A stretch of 64,000 nucleotides of DNA. Origin: an uncultured Desulfatitalea sp. (GTDB lineage: Bacteria; Desulfobacterota; Desulfobacteria; Desulfobacterales; Desulfosarcinaceae). Shown in pieces: positions 8,205 through 18,754 of this stretch (positions within the stretch are counted from its first letter, which is position 1; each line of letters opens with the position of its first letter). The notes below the pieces were generated by a model, which saw nothing but the letters and a program-made list of their open reading frames with translations, was not told the origin of the DNA and did not search any database. Where the stretch lies: positions 736,001 through 800,000 of the forward strand of contig CAXXMB010000001.1 of assembly GCA_963668675.2 (NCBI GenBank). Direction: 5' to 3'. Both the position numbers and the translations under genes were made by a program.

Positions 8205-9788
8205 TTAAGGTTTATCTGAAGCTTCCGCTGCAGAGACCGGTTTGGTGCTGAGAATGCGCGGTGTGATGAAGATCAACAGCTCCTGCATCTCTTCGCTCTT
8301 GCCCTGGTTTTTAAACAGATACCCGATCAGGGGGATCTTGCTGAGCCAGGGCACCCCGGCCTCAGTGTTCTGTGTCGTGTTTTTTTTCAGTCCGCCGATG
8401 ACGGTTGTCTGGCCGTCGAAAAGGATGACATTGGTCGAGGCCTTCTTGGCCACAATGGTCGGATAGGTCTGTACGGTGCGGGTAAAATCGACCTCGTTCT
8501 TGGTTGTGACGATTTCAAGTTTGAGCACATCCGACTGAATGACGTGAGGGGTTACCTCCAGGCTCAGCAGGGCATCCTTGTAAATGACATTGGATGTGTC
8601 GCTCAAAAATACGGGTATCGGCACTTCGTCTCCGCTTTCGATCACCGCCTTGGCATTATCCAGGGTGGTAATCGAAGGACTGGAGAGGATGTTGAGTTTG
8701 CCCTCCTCCTCCAGGGCCGAAAGCTGTAGTGCCAGAATACCGCTTGTTCCCTGGGTGATAAGCCCTAAAAACATGCCGGTGCCGGTTTGTGTTGCATTGT
8801 TCAGATTGGCGGGAAAGTTGATGCCGGTGCCGGACGATGGGTTGAGGGAGCCCGGGGTGACGCCGCTGACCTGGTCCGCGGCATTGGGTGCAATCCAGAA
8901 GTTGTCACCACCGTTGTTAAATAACCCTCCCCACTGGACACCAAGCTCGCGCGCTGTTCGGTTGGTCGTCTCGACGATATGGGCTTCGATCAGGATCTGG
9001 GGCGTGGGGCGATCCAGTTCCATGATCATGGGGATAATCCGATCGATGTCGGTGGGCGTCGCTTGCACGATGAGTGAATTGGTGTGTGTGTCCACCATCA
9101 CAGAACCCACCGATTCGCCCTTTTTTTCAGAACTGAGCACCTTTTCGATACTCTCTTTCAATTTTTCAGCACTGGCGAAATCAATGGGGATGATCTTGGT
9201 AACCAGCGGCGCCTTGTTCTCCAACTCCCTGCGCTTGGCGAGTATCTTCTCCTCGGTTTCCAGGTTCTTGAGGTCGCGGTCCCGGTCTTCGATGGTGACG
9301 ATGCGGACAATATTGCCCTCCCATTCATAGGCCAAACCCTGTGAGTTCAATATGCCGGTGAATACCTGGTCCCAGCGGGCATCTTTGACGTTGATGCTGA
9401 TTTTCCCCTTAACGCCTTCGTTGATCATGATGTTCAGATCTACTGAGCGCGCCAGAGCGCGCAGCAAAACCGGCACCTCGGTCATGTGCATCTTCATCGT
9501 GATTTTGCGCTGGGGCAGGACGTGTGATGGGTTGGGTTTGCTGAAATCGGGGCCGAGGGTTTCAATTCTCTTCGTCGTCGGTTCAAGCGATCTTTCCCGT
9601 GCGGCCGGCGAATATCCTTTGCTCTGCTCGACCAGCTGTTTCCACTGTTCAACGGCCGACGGCTGCTGCTCCTGGGTATTGGCACACCCCCAGGCAGAAG
9701 CAAGGAAAAAGACCATGGCCAATACGGAGATCGTTCTTCGATGAGTCAACATCATATCCATTTCCATTTTACGGGGTTTGTCGTTCAA
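8205..9788 (-). CDS. pilQ: Outer-membrane secretin (PilQ-like), probably a lipoprotein
   Basis: PQILIEAHIVE, ELGVQWG, LSSPSITTLDN, GVPWLSKIPLIGYLF, ELLIFITPRI; N-terminal hydrophobic stretch ending ...SAWG-C; start may be 9755-9767. Confidence 0.9.
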   Translation of the reverse strand: MNDKPRKMEMDMMLTHRRTISVLAMVFFLASAWGCANTQEQQPSAVEQWKQLVEQSKGYSPAARERSLEPTTKRIETLGPDFSKPNPSHVLPQRKITMKMHMTEVPVLLRALARSVDLNIMINEGVKGKISINVKDARWDQVFTGILNSQGLAYEWEGNIVRIVTIEDRDRDLKNLETEEKILAKRRELENKAPLVTKIIPIDFASAEKLKESIEKVLSSEKKGESVGSVMVDTHTNSLIVQATPTDIDRIIPMIMELDRPTPQILIEAHIVETTNRTARELGVQWGGLFNNGGDNFWIAPNAADQVSGVTPGSLNPSSGTGINFPANLNNATQTGTGMFLGLITQGTSGILALQLSALEEEGKLNILSSPSITTLDNAKAVIESGDEVPIPVFLSDTSNVIYKDALLSLEVTPHVIQSDVLKLEIVTTKNEVDFTRTVQTYPTIVAKKASTNVILFDGQTTVIGGLKKNTTQNTEAGVPWLSKIPLIGYLFKNQGKSEEMQELLIFITPRILSTKPVSAAEASDKP

Positions 9789-9806
9789 ATGCCTCTTCGA
9801 TCGTCT

Positions 9807-10328
9807 TTAGTACTCTTCCTGGATGTTCAGTTGGATCACTTCCAACGTGTCGACATTCCCTATCACCACCTTGTTGGGTGCGATGCTCTTGATGTAGTAG
9901 CCTCGGGTGCCGATGGATTCACCGGCGGTGTACTCCATGCCGTTGATCACGGCCAGCCGTTTGGCGCCAAGCTCGAGATAACCCGTATAAGCATAGTCGG
10001 GAGCGGGAGCCTTCGATTGCATGTCCGAAGCTGCAGGTGACTGGACGGTCGCCTGCTCTTTAAGAAGGGCGCTGGATCTAATGAAAGGGTCCTTCACCCA
10101 ATCCATCCCGGCCCGTTGGACCATATACTGATACTCCTCCGACATTTTCTCCTTCACCATTTTTTGCGTCACTTCCGCCACAAATCCCCTGAGCTCCTCC
10201 AGTGGATTGGCCTTGGAGGCGGTGACACGCTCTTTTTTCCCGCCGCCTCCGCTACCGATGAGCTCATAGGCGCCGTAAAAAATGGTGAGGCACATCACAC
10301 CGACAATAACTTTTTCACGTGTGGTCAT
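9807..10328 (-). CDS. Bitopic pilus accessory protein (GspB/MshK/PilP-like)
   Basis: N-terminal TM, DPF motif, C-terminal beta domain AVINGMEYTAGESI...IKSIAPNKVVI; position between pilO and the secretin. Confidence 0.6.
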   Translation of the reverse strand: MTTREKVIVGVMCLTIFYGAYELIGSGGGGKKERVTASKANPLEELRGFVAEVTQKMVKEKMSEEYQYMVQRAGMDWVKDPFIRSSALLKEQATVQSPAASDMQSKAPAPDYAYTGYLELGAKRLAVINGMEYTAGESIGTRGYYIKSIAPNKVVIGNVDTLEVIQLNIQEEY

Positions 10329-10334
10329 CGATTA

Positions 10335-10856
10335 TCATTCCTGATTGAGTTGCAGCTTAAGCTGCAACCGTTTTGAAGACGTTTCCGTATTCATCTTGAG
10401 CTCGTCAATCGATTTCAGGTACGGCAGTTTGCAGATGCCCAGCAGCAAACGTCTGAAATTAAAAAAGTCGCCGCTGAAGGTGACGCGTATCGTCAATTGG
10501 CCCGATTCATCCAGATAGCTGCTGGCATCGGGTACGGCACTCTCAAACATCACCTCGCACTGTTTGGCCATTTCAGCAAAGACATCGTTGAGGTCCGCGA
10601 TCGTCCGTTTTTCAATTTTACCCGTTTCCGGTATGGGCAAGTCTCTGGGCATCTCTTTCTGGGCCTGTTTGATCAGCTCGCGATAGATGGGATTGAGAAG
10701 CTCCTGCTCTTGAATTTTCATCTGAACGGTGTCGAGTTCCTCCTCCAGATCGGAAATTTCACCTGAATTGGGGATGATAAACAAAAAAACGAAGGCAAGG
10801 ATGCCACCGCAGCAGGTGACAAGATAGATCAGGTTTTGGGGATGTAGCTTCGACAT
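10335..10856 (-). CDS. pilO: PilO/GspM/MshJ-like alignment protein
   Basis: N-terminal TM, coiled coil, C-terminal FSGDFFNFRRLL...KLPYL typical of PilO; synteny. Confidence 0.7.
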   Translation of the reverse strand: MSKLHPQNLIYLVTCCGGILAFVFLFIIPNSGEISDLEEELDTVQMKIQEQELLNPIYRELIKQAQKEMPRDLPIPETGKIEKRTIADLNDVFAEMAKQCEVMFESAVPDASSYLDESGQLTIRVTFSGDFFNFRRLLLGICKLPYLKSIDELKMNTETSSKRLQLKLQLNQE

Positions 10857-10940
10857 GATTTTCGCTCAAATTTTTAAAAAACGGTTGTCAGAACTTTCGC
10901 TCAGAGGCCGTTGGATGATCTGTCGACCATTTCGGCTTGC

Positions 10941-12806
10941 CTAAAGGACATCCAGCTTCGCACTGAAACGCAGCACCTCCTGATTGTCGTAGAACTCTCT
11001 TCTCTTGTTCTTCAATGCCGGCCTTGCGAAGAGCGGCGAATTTTTCAGGTTGAGCAGGTAGCTGGTCAAAGCGGTTTCGAAACCGGCCGGATCGGTGAAG
11101 ATGACACCGGTAACCATAAAGCTGTTCTTGGCCCCTTTTTCACCGTCGTTTGAAAATGCGCCTTCAATCTCTATCAGACGAATGTTAGAAGGGGTGATTT
11201 GTGACAATTCGTTGATCAAGGCCAGTGGGGCGTATCGCCGTACGATCTTTTCAAACCCCTGGCGCTTTTGCTTGGTTTTGGAAAAAAGCGCCAGCAGGAT
11301 CTCCTTTTGCGCTACCGGATTAAACGATAGCAGTTTGTAGTTCAGCTTGTTGATCTGCTCTCTTTTGTCGTCCAATTGCCTCTCCTGCCACGAAAAGAGC
11401 CCGATCAGAAAAAGCAGACAGATCATGCATCCAATCAATACGCGCTGGTTAAAAGCGCGAACGCTCTCCACCTGCTCTTTATCCTTGTGGGTGAAGAGTA
11501 CATTGGGGGTTTTGAGGTTGTTCGAAAGTGACAGACCGATGGCCGGCAGATAGCTCTCCCGCTCGGCCTGCGTTTCGGGAATGTTCACCTGGCGAATAAA
11601 TGAGGCACCTGGAGAGAACGGATTCATCACTTCAACGGGCAGATCAAGCTGACGACCGATATGATCGACGATCATCTGGTTTGCCGTAATCTGACCCGAC
11701 AGGTAAATTCGTTTGACGCCGTTGCCCTGGAAATTGAGCATGTAGTGCTCGAATGTCCTCTCGACCTGGCGAATCAAGCGTTCCATCGCCGGAAGGATCA
11801 TCTGGAAAACATGGGGAGCGCCGGGTGAACTTTCTTCTTCGGAGGGTCGGGAGGGTTTCAATTTCTGGTGTAGAAAATCAAAGAACAGCTTCTGCGACTC
11901 CGGTGGAATGGCGTCGAGCAGTTCGGCCCCCTCGTTCTGGCCGTTACCAGGCGGTGGGTTGCTGCTTGTCCAGTCGTTCTGACCGTGCATGGCGATATTG
12001 ATGGCTTCGACCATACTGCGCATGCCGGCTTTGATGCCCCTGGACAATACCAGATTGCCTTTGCTGTAGATCGCTATTCGGGACCAATCGCGCCCGATAA
12101 AAAGAGAGCATACATCCTGCTCCGGCTGTGTGATGATCTTGGAGCGAAATAGATTCTGGATTGCGAACGGTACGATAGAGATGCCTTTGAGCGGATATCC
12201 GATTTGATTGAACACACTCTTAAGCTGGACGACTTCCGCTTTGGGCGTTTTGAAGGCCATGACATCGGTTTTTTTTACCCCGCCTTCGTTGATATCCTCC
12301 AATATTTCAAAATCCAGAATTTCATCTTTTTCATTGAACTCAACCTTGTTGGTGAAAGTCCAGAAGACAGCGTTGGCTATCTGCTTACGAGGCAGTTTTG
12401 GAATTCGTAACCGGCGGGTTTCGACCTTGGCGGAAGGAATGGTGCTCCAGATTTCATGGTCGGAACGATCTCCACAGATGCGATCGAGGCCATCCTTCAA
12501 TCGGTCTGTAAACGAGGGGTCGTTGAAAGACACCTGTGATCCGAAAGGGATATCGATGTAGTCCAACAGCTCATAGCTCTTGTCTTTCAAACGGACGGTT
12601 TTAGCGATCTTGATATAGGTGTGGCCGATGTCCACACCTATAGTGTACCTGTTTTTAAAAGATATCGAAGGTACAATGGATTTTTTTTTCTTATCAGGCC
12701 GATTTTTCCCGCCGCTCGCAGCCATCTCGTGTTGATCGTCTTGATTTGGGCTGCGAATCAATTCGAGGAGCTTTTCGGTGGAGTTTATTTCGTCGGGCTT
12801 GCTCAA
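10941..12806 (-). CDS. Fused PilM (actin-like) - PilN protein
   Basis: IGVDIGHTYIK and IYLSG actin-fold motifs, AIGLSL, then NVL + TM + coiled coil + PilN-like ELSQITPSNIRL...LKNSPLF. Confidence 0.8.
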   Translation of the reverse strand: MSKPDEINSTEKLLELIRSPNQDDQHEMAASGGKNRPDKKKKSIVPSISFKNRYTIGVDIGHTYIKIAKTVRLKDKSYELLDYIDIPFGSQVSFNDPSFTDRLKDGLDRICGDRSDHEIWSTIPSAKVETRRLRIPKLPRKQIANAVFWTFTNKVEFNEKDEILDFEILEDINEGGVKKTDVMAFKTPKAEVVQLKSVFNQIGYPLKGISIVPFAIQNLFRSKIITQPEQDVCSLFIGRDWSRIAIYSKGNLVLSRGIKAGMRSMVEAINIAMHGQNDWTSSNPPPGNGQNEGAELLDAIPPESQKLFFDFLHQKLKPSRPSEEESSPGAPHVFQMILPAMERLIRQVERTFEHYMLNFQGNGVKRIYLSGQITANQMIVDHIGRQLDLPVEVMNPFSPGASFIRQVNIPETQAERESYLPAIGLSLSNNLKTPNVLFTHKDKEQVESVRAFNQRVLIGCMICLLFLIGLFSWQERQLDDKREQINKLNYKLLSFNPVAQKEILLALFSKTKQKRQGFEKIVRRYAPLALINELSQITPSNIRLIEIEGAFSNDGEKGAKNSFMVTGVIFTDPAGFETALTSYLLNLKNSPLFARPALKNKRREFYDNQEVLRFSAKLDVL

Positions 12807-13149
12807 AGTAGATCCCCTCCTGGCTATGTGCAGGGCAGTGCAGCTCAGTATAAAGACGGCATCTCTTTTTTAGGTCACAAAGTACCTGTTTTGTCAAGTG
12901 ATATTCAAAAATCGGCAAGCGCTTTTCGGATGTCAGAATGAGGTATTTGGTCTTTTAAGCAACCACAACCGATGGGGATTGGTGTTGGCCGAGCGAAATA
13001 CAAGTTTCTTGAAAAAAGGCGACAGAGGGTGTAATTTGTCCAAATTGATCATTTTGCAGTAATGTGAGCTCACCCGAGAGGCACCTGCCGGCGCACAGCG
13101 CGTCCATTGACGATTTTTATAACGCCTGCACGGCTGCGAAGACACGCTA

Positions 13150-14130
13150 ATGAACGCGAGCACCACATCAACCAAAACCAAAGAGAGCAACCGTCGTTCC
13201 ATCGTGGCAGACCACATGGTTCTGATTGGATTCGGGCTGGCTGTGGTCTATTGGCTGCTCGACTCTTTTCTCTCTCTTTTCCTGTCCTACGACAACTTCC
13301 TGGAGAAAATCGTTGGGGTGGAACTGGACAATATATGGGGAAGGATAATCGTTCTGTGTCTTTTTGCCATTTTCGGATCCCACGCCCAGTTTACCATCAA
13401 CGAGCGTAAAAAGGCGGCCGAAAAGATGGAGCGTGATGCGGCGACGCGAGAAAAATTCAGACGGCTGCTCTCTCCCGATCTTGCGGAGATGGTGGTCAAC
13501 GGGCAGTTGTCGGTACAACAGGGTGGGGAAAACCGCTTGGTGACTGTGATGTTTGCGGATATCAGAGGGTTCACCCAATTGAGCAGTGAGTCCGAAGCGT
13601 CAGAGATCTTGAAGATGCTCAACGACTATTACGAAATTCTGGTAGAGATTGTCTTTCGTCACGTGGGCACCGTCGACAAGTTCATCGGAGACGGCATGAT
13701 GGTCATTTGGGGGGCGCCGGTGACCCATGAGGATGATCCGGCACGGGCCGTTCGCGCGGCTCTCGATATCCAGCGCGCCCTGGAGGCTTTTAATTTTGAC
13801 CGCGCCTCGATGGATAAGGCCCCGATTAAAATCGGCATCGGGATCAACACAGGGGAGGTGGTGGCGGGTTACCTCGGATCCAGCCGGACGATGAGCTACT
13901 CGGTCATCGGCGATACGGTCAATATCGCTTCGCGCCTCTGTGCTGCCGCCAAGCCGGGTGAAATCGTTCTGTCTGAGTACACCCATTTTCTCGTCAAAGA
14001 TGATTTCCAGGTCAAACCGCGGAAAGCCATCATTGCCAAAGGCAAGGATCTTCCGATAAAGGCATACTCCGTGCTCGGATCGAGCAAAATTCGTATGAAT
14101 AATCCACAGGCCGTTCCCGTCAATTCGTGA
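13150..14130 (+). CDS. Class III adenylate cyclase with two TM helices
   Basis: VMFADIRGFT, DKFIGDG, IGINTG, YSVIGDTVNIASRL, KGK; Lys in DKF suggests ATP specificity. Confidence 0.88.
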   Translation: MNASTTSTKTKESNRRSIVADHMVLIGFGLAVVYWLLDSFLSLFLSYDNFLEKIVGVELDNIWGRIIVLCLFAIFGSHAQFTINERKKAAEKMERDAATREKFRRLLSPDLAEMVVNGQLSVQQGGENRLVTVMFADIRGFTQLSSESEASEILKMLNDYYEILVEIVFRHVGTVDKFIGDGMMVIWGAPVTHEDDPARAVRAALDIQRALEAFNFDRASMDKAPIKIGIGINTGEVVAGYLGSSRTMSYSVIGDTVNIASRLCAAAKPGEIVLSEYTHFLVKDDFQVKPRKAIIAKGKDLPIKAYSVLGSSKIRMNNPQAVPVNS

Positions 14131-14199
14131 TATCTTCTACTACTAACATGGGACGAATCGATCGGTTCCGTCCGTCTTGATCGAACGAGGAGGGACGAT

Positions 14200-14670
14200 G
14201 TGATGCGAATTGGATTGGGATACGATGTTCATCGTCTGGTTGACGATCGCCCCTTGATATTGGGCGGCGTTCGGATACCGTTCGAAAAGGGGCTGTTAGG
14301 GCACTCGGATGCGGACGTTCTCACCCATGCGGTTTGTGACGCGTTGTTTGGGGCAGCCGGGATGGGTGACATAGGTGAGCATTTCCCTGATTCGGATCCA
14401 CAATATAAAGGCGTAGATAGCATTTCTTTGCTAAAGCAATGCGTCAAGCTTGTGCGTACCGAGGGGTATGAGGTGCACAATATCGATACCACCATCATTG
14501 CCCAGGAACCGAAGCTGTCGTCATACAAATCCATTATTCTCAAAAATTTGGCCGGGGCGCTGGATATCTCAACCGACCGCATCGCAGTTAAAGCGACCAC
14601 GACAGAGGGATTGGGTTTTGTCGGGCTCGGAGAGGGCATCGCTGCAATGTGTGTCGCGCTGATCGGCTGA
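14200..14670 (+). CDS. ispF: 2-C-methyl-D-erythritol 2,4-cyclodiphosphate synthase
   Basis: RIGLGYDVH, GHSDADV, DIGEHFPD, KATTTEGLG. Confidence 0.97.
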   Translation: MMRIGLGYDVHRLVDDRPLILGGVRIPFEKGLLGHSDADVLTHAVCDALFGAAGMGDIGEHFPDSDPQYKGVDSISLLKQCVKLVRTEGYEVHNIDTTIIAQEPKLSSYKSIILKNLAGALDISTDRIAVKATTTEGLGFVGLGEGIAAMCVALIG

Positions 14671-14739
14671 AACAGATCCCCGATAAAAAGGCTATGCAGA
14701 CATCTTTGAATCCCCCAGTTTGAAATGTGAGACCACAGG

Positions 14740-16734
14740 ATGACTTCATTTCGACTCGTTTCCGATCTCTCCCCAAAAGGGGACCAGCCAGAGGCCATTG
14801 AGCAACTGTGTCAGGGGTTGAGGGAGAATCATACCGATCAGGTGCTGTTGGGGGTTACCGGATCTGGAAAAACCTTCACGATGGCCAACGTGATCGCCGC
14901 GGAAAATCGCCCCTCCATCGTGATTGCACCGAACAAAACCCTTGCGGCACAGCTCTATCAGGAGTTCAGGCAGCTTTTTCCGGAAAATGCTGTCGAGTAT
15001 TTTGTCAGTTACTACGACTATTACCAGCCGGAAGCCTACATTCCCAGCTCGGATACCTACATACAGAAAGACTCTTCGATCAATGACATGATCGATAAGA
15101 TGCGCCATTCGGCCACTCGGTCCGTCCTTTCACGGCGCGATGTTATCGTCGTTGCCAGTGTTTCGTGCATATTCGGTCTCGGTGCACCCGAAGATTACCT
15201 CGGGATGCGCATCGATCTCCACTCCGACATGGAGTTGCCGCGAGACAAACTGCTTCGCGATCTGGTCGCCATGCACTACCAGCGAAACGATATCGATTTT
15301 CATCGAGGCACATTCAGGGTGCGCGGAGATCGGGTGGAAATTTTTCCGGCCTATGAAGAGAACCGGGCGCTACGCATCGATTTCTTTGGCGATCGTCTTG
15401 AATCGATCAGCCATATCGATCCCCTGCGAGGCATTACCCTGCAAAAGGTCGGGCAGGCGACCATCTTTCCGGCCAGCCACTACGTCACCTCCCGTCAAAC
15501 GCTGAACAAAGCCATGCAGTCGATACTTGAAGAGCTGAAGGTGCAGGTGGGGCGCTTCCGCGAGGATAGAAAGCTGATCGAGGCCCAACGGGTAGAGGAG
15601 CGCACTCGATTTGATCTGGAGATGATCCAGGAGCTCGGTTACTGCAACGGCATAGAGAACTACTCGCGGCATCTCACCGGCCGGGAACCGGGGGAACCGC
15701 CGCCAACCCTGCTCGACTATTTTCCGGACGACTATCTGATGTTTCTCGACGAGAGCCATATCGGTATTCCGCAGTTAAGGGCCATGTATCGGGGAGACCG
15801 TTCGCGCAAAGAGACTCTGGTGCAGTATGGATTTCGTCTGCCGTCGGCACTGGACAACCGGCCACTGATGTTTGAAGAGTGGCGCGAGCGGGTGAATCAG
15901 GTGATTTACGTATCGGCTACGCCGGCTGAATACGAAGAGAAGAATGCCGAGGGGCACATCGTTGAGCAGATTGTACGCCCCACCGGGCTGGTCGATCCGC
16001 AAATCGTGATACGGCCGGCGCTACACCAGGTCGACGATCTTTACGGTGAAATTGTGGCTTGCAAGGAGCGCAATGAGCGGGTGTTGATCACAACCCTGAC
16101 CAAACGCATGGCCGAGGACCTGAGCGAGTATTATGCCGATTTGGGCCTTGCCGTGCGCTACCTGCACTCGGACATCAGTACATTGGAGCGGATGGAGATC
16201 ATCCGGGAGTTGCGCATGGGAAAATTCGATGTGTTGGTGGGGATCAACCTGCTTAGGGAGGGTCTCGATATTCCCGAGGTGAGCCTGGTGGCGATCCTGG
16301 ATGCCGACAAGGAGGGATTTTTGCGATCAGTACGGGCGTTGATCCAGACCTTCGGGCGGGCCGCTCGTCATGTGAATGGTACCGTCATCCTATATGCGGA
16401 CACTGAAACCGCCTCAATGCGCAAAGCCATTGATGAGACCGATCGGAGACGCAGCATTCAATCTGATTTTAATACGAAAAACGGAATTCTACCCCAAAGC
16501 ATTCAAAAAGAGATCACAACCATTTTCGACATGGCCTATGAGAACGCGGTCGACACTCCTTCGGAGGCAGGGGAGGCAGTGCCGGACTACCTGCCGGAGG
16601 AAGCGCTGGAACAGACCATCGAAAGGCTTGAAAAAGAGATGCGGCGTGCTGCGCGAGATCTTGAGTTCGAACAGGCAGCGGAGCTGCGTGACAGGATCAA
16701 AGCGCTTAAGAGCAAAATCATATTCGAGTCGTGA
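14740..16734 (+). CDS. uvrB: Excinuclease ABC subunit B
   Basis: [43 protein letters not shown]-terminal UVR domain. Confidence 0.98.
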   Translation: MTSFRLVSDLSPKGDQPEAIEQLCQGLRENHTDQVLLGVTGSGKTFTMANVIAAENRPSIVIAPNKTLAAQLYQEFRQLFPENAVEYFVSYYDYYQPEAYIPSSDTYIQKDSSINDMIDKMRHSATRSVLSRRDVIVVASVSCIFGLGAPEDYLGMRIDLHSDMELPRDKLLRDLVAMHYQRNDIDFHRGTFRVRGDRVEIFPAYEENRALRIDFFGDRLESISHIDPLRGITLQKVGQATIFPASHYVTSRQTLNKAMQSILEELKVQVGRFREDRKLIEAQRVEERTRFDLEMIQELGYCNGIENYSRHLTGREPGEPPPTLLDYFPDDYLMFLDESHIGIPQLRAMYRGDRSRKETLVQYGFRLPSALDNRPLMFEEWRERVNQVIYVSATPAEYEEKNAEGHIVEQIVRPTGLVDPQIVIRPALHQVDDLYGEIVACKERNERVLITTLTKRMAEDLSEYYADLGLAVRYLHSDISTLERMEIIRELRMGKFDVLVGINLLREGLDIPEVSLVAILDADKEGFLRSVRALIQTFGRAARHVNGTVILYADTETASMRKAIDETDRRRSIQSDFNTKNGILPQSIQKEITTIFDMAYENAVDTPSEAGEAVPDYLPEEALEQTIERLEKEMRRAARDLEFEQAAELRDRIKALKSKIIFES

Positions 16735-16741
16735 TAGCGAT

Positions 16742-18595
16742 ATGCCTATTCCGGATGAGACAAAAGCGCCCCATACAGAGAGTCCGGAGCGATTCGCCTC
16801 CCAGGTCGCCCATGTGACCACCGGTCCGGGCGTCTACATCATGCGTGACCTGCAAGGCAAGATTCTATACGTAGGAAAAGCGCGAAACCTCAGAAAGCGG
16901 CTGCAATCCTATTTCCAGAGACAGCGGTCCCACGATCCCAAGACAAGGGTGTTGCTCAGTAAAGTATCCGAATTCGAAACGATCATTACACACACGGAAA
17001 AAGAGGCGTTGATCTTAGAGTCCAACCTGATCAAGCGCCATCGACCGCGTTACAATGTGGTTCTGAAGGACGACAAACGCTACCCTTCGCTGAGGTTAAA
17101 TATCGCTGAAACTTACCCCAACTTGAGTATTGTCCGAAAGATAAAGGATGACGGCGCGCTCTATTTCGGGCCATACGCTTCGACGGGGGCAGTACGGCAA
17201 GCATTGAAATTCATTAATAAAACCTTCAAACTGTGTAAATGCCGATGCAACACCCAGAAAAAGAGGACGCGGCCTTGCCTCAACTATCAAATGGGTCTAT
17301 GCATGGGGCCTTGTGTGTTGGACGTGAACCCTAAGGCATACGGGGATGCGGTTAAAGAGGTCACTGCATTTTTAAGGGGGCGCACACCGGCCCTTATTCG
17401 CAAACTGAAAAAGCAGATGTTGGCCGAGGCCGGGGTTGAAGCGTTTGAAAAGGCGGCCGCTCTCCGGGACAAGATAATTGCCTTGGAAAAAACAGTCGAA
17501 AAGCAGGTCTCGGTAACGGCGGACCACAAAGATCGAGACATATTCGCCCTAGTCGAGGACGACACCATTTCAGCTATGGCACTGCTGCGCGTCAGGGGGG
17601 GATTTCTCTTGGGAAGCCGGGCCTTCTCCTTTGAAGATGCCGTTGGCGAACCTGAAGAGCGGATGGGGAGCTTTATACGGCAGTATTACCAGACGGCACC
17701 ATCCCTTCCCAATGAAATCGTGGTCAGCCATTTGCCATTGGATCTGGATCTGATCGAAGAGCAGCTCAGCGGGATAAGGGGAGGGCGGGTAAACGTCATC
17801 GCACCGAAACGGGGAGACAAAGAGAAGCTGGTCAGGATGGCGATTCAAAACGCCCGACAGACCTTGGTCGAAGAGCGCCGGCTCAGGGATACCCAGTTTG
17901 ATCTCCTCCAGAGATTGTCGCGCAGCCTGCATCTGAAAAGGCTTCCGCGGCGTATCGAGTGTTTTGACAACTCCAGCCTCTCCGGTTCAGATCCGGTTGC
18001 TGCCATGGTGGTGTTCGAGAACGGAAGCCCCAAGCCGTCGGACTACAGGCGATTCAACATTCGATTTAGTGGGAAGCCTGACGACTACGCCCATATGGCC
18101 GAGGTGATACGCCGTCGATTTGAAAAGGGCGATGAGGGGAAACCATGGCCCGATCTGTTGCTGGTCGACGGCGGCAAGGGACAACTCGGCGTGGCCAGGG
18201 CCATTTTGGGTGAGCTGGGAATGACAGGCATCTTTGACGTGGCCGGTATTGCCAAAAAAGATCCGGATGCCGGTGAGACCCAGGACAAAATTTACCTGGC
18301 CGGACGGATCAATCCGGTGCAATTCGGACGTGATAGGGACCTTTTACTGTTGCTGCAGCATGTTCGTGATGAAGCGCATCGCTGTGCGGTTGGTTTCCAG
18401 CGCAAACGGAGGAAAAAGAGCGCCATGCATTCGGTACTCGACAGCATCAGGGGGATCGGCCCCAAACGAAAAGCGTTGCTCATGAAACGGTTTGGAGGGA
18501 TAGAGAAAATGAGACTCGCTACACTGGAAGAGCTTCAGGCCGTAGAGGGGATATCCATGCAGTGCGCAATTGAACTCAAGAAGCGACTGGTCTGA
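16742..18595 (+). CDS. uvrC: Excinuclease ABC subunit C
   Basis: GIY-YIG (PGVY...YVGKA), YFGPY, Cys cluster, RIECFDNS, DGGKGQ, RDEAHR, HhH; start set at ATG 16742 just after the uvrB stop. Confidence 0.96.
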   Translation: MPIPDETKAPHTESPERFASQVAHVTTGPGVYIMRDLQGKILYVGKARNLRKRLQSYFQRQRSHDPKTRVLLSKVSEFETIITHTEKEALILESNLIKRHRPRYNVVLKDDKRYPSLRLNIAETYPNLSIVRKIKDDGALYFGPYASTGAVRQALKFINKTFKLCKCRCNTQKKRTRPCLNYQMGLCMGPCVLDVNPKAYGDAVKEVTAFLRGRTPALIRKLKKQMLAEAGVEAFEKAAALRDKIIALEKTVEKQVSVTADHKDRDIFALVEDDTISAMALLRVRGGFLLGSRAFSFEDAVGEPEERMGSFIRQYYQTAPSLPNEIVVSHLPLDLDLIEEQLSGIRGGRVNVIAPKRGDKEKLVRMAIQNARQTLVEERRLRDTQFDLLQRLSRSLHLKRLPRRIECFDNSSLSGSDPVAAMVVFENGSPKPSDYRRFNIRFSGKPDDYAHMAEVIRRRFEKGDEGKPWPDLLLVDGGKGQLGVARAILGELGMTGIFDVAGIAKKDPDAGETQDKIYLAGRINPVQFGRDRDLLLLLQHVRDEAHRCAVGFQRKRRKKSAMHSVLDSIRGIGPKRKALLMKRFGGIEKMRLATLEELQAVEGISMQCAIELKKRLV

Positions 18596-18754
18596 AGAAG
18601 GCCAAATTGGGATGCTGGTGGATTGCCGATGTTTTGACTTGGCATGTGGCATCCGGATTTAGTACAAACCGAAGTTAAGATCATCGATCGATAACACAGG
18701 GAAACAGACCGTCAACATATCATCAACCACAACACTACAAAATGGAGAGCAATT

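Noticed and set aside
16376..16741. 122-aa N-terminal extension of UvrC overlapping uvrB
   Set aside because: Open-frame artefact; UvrC homology starts after the ATG at 16742, just past the uvrB stop.
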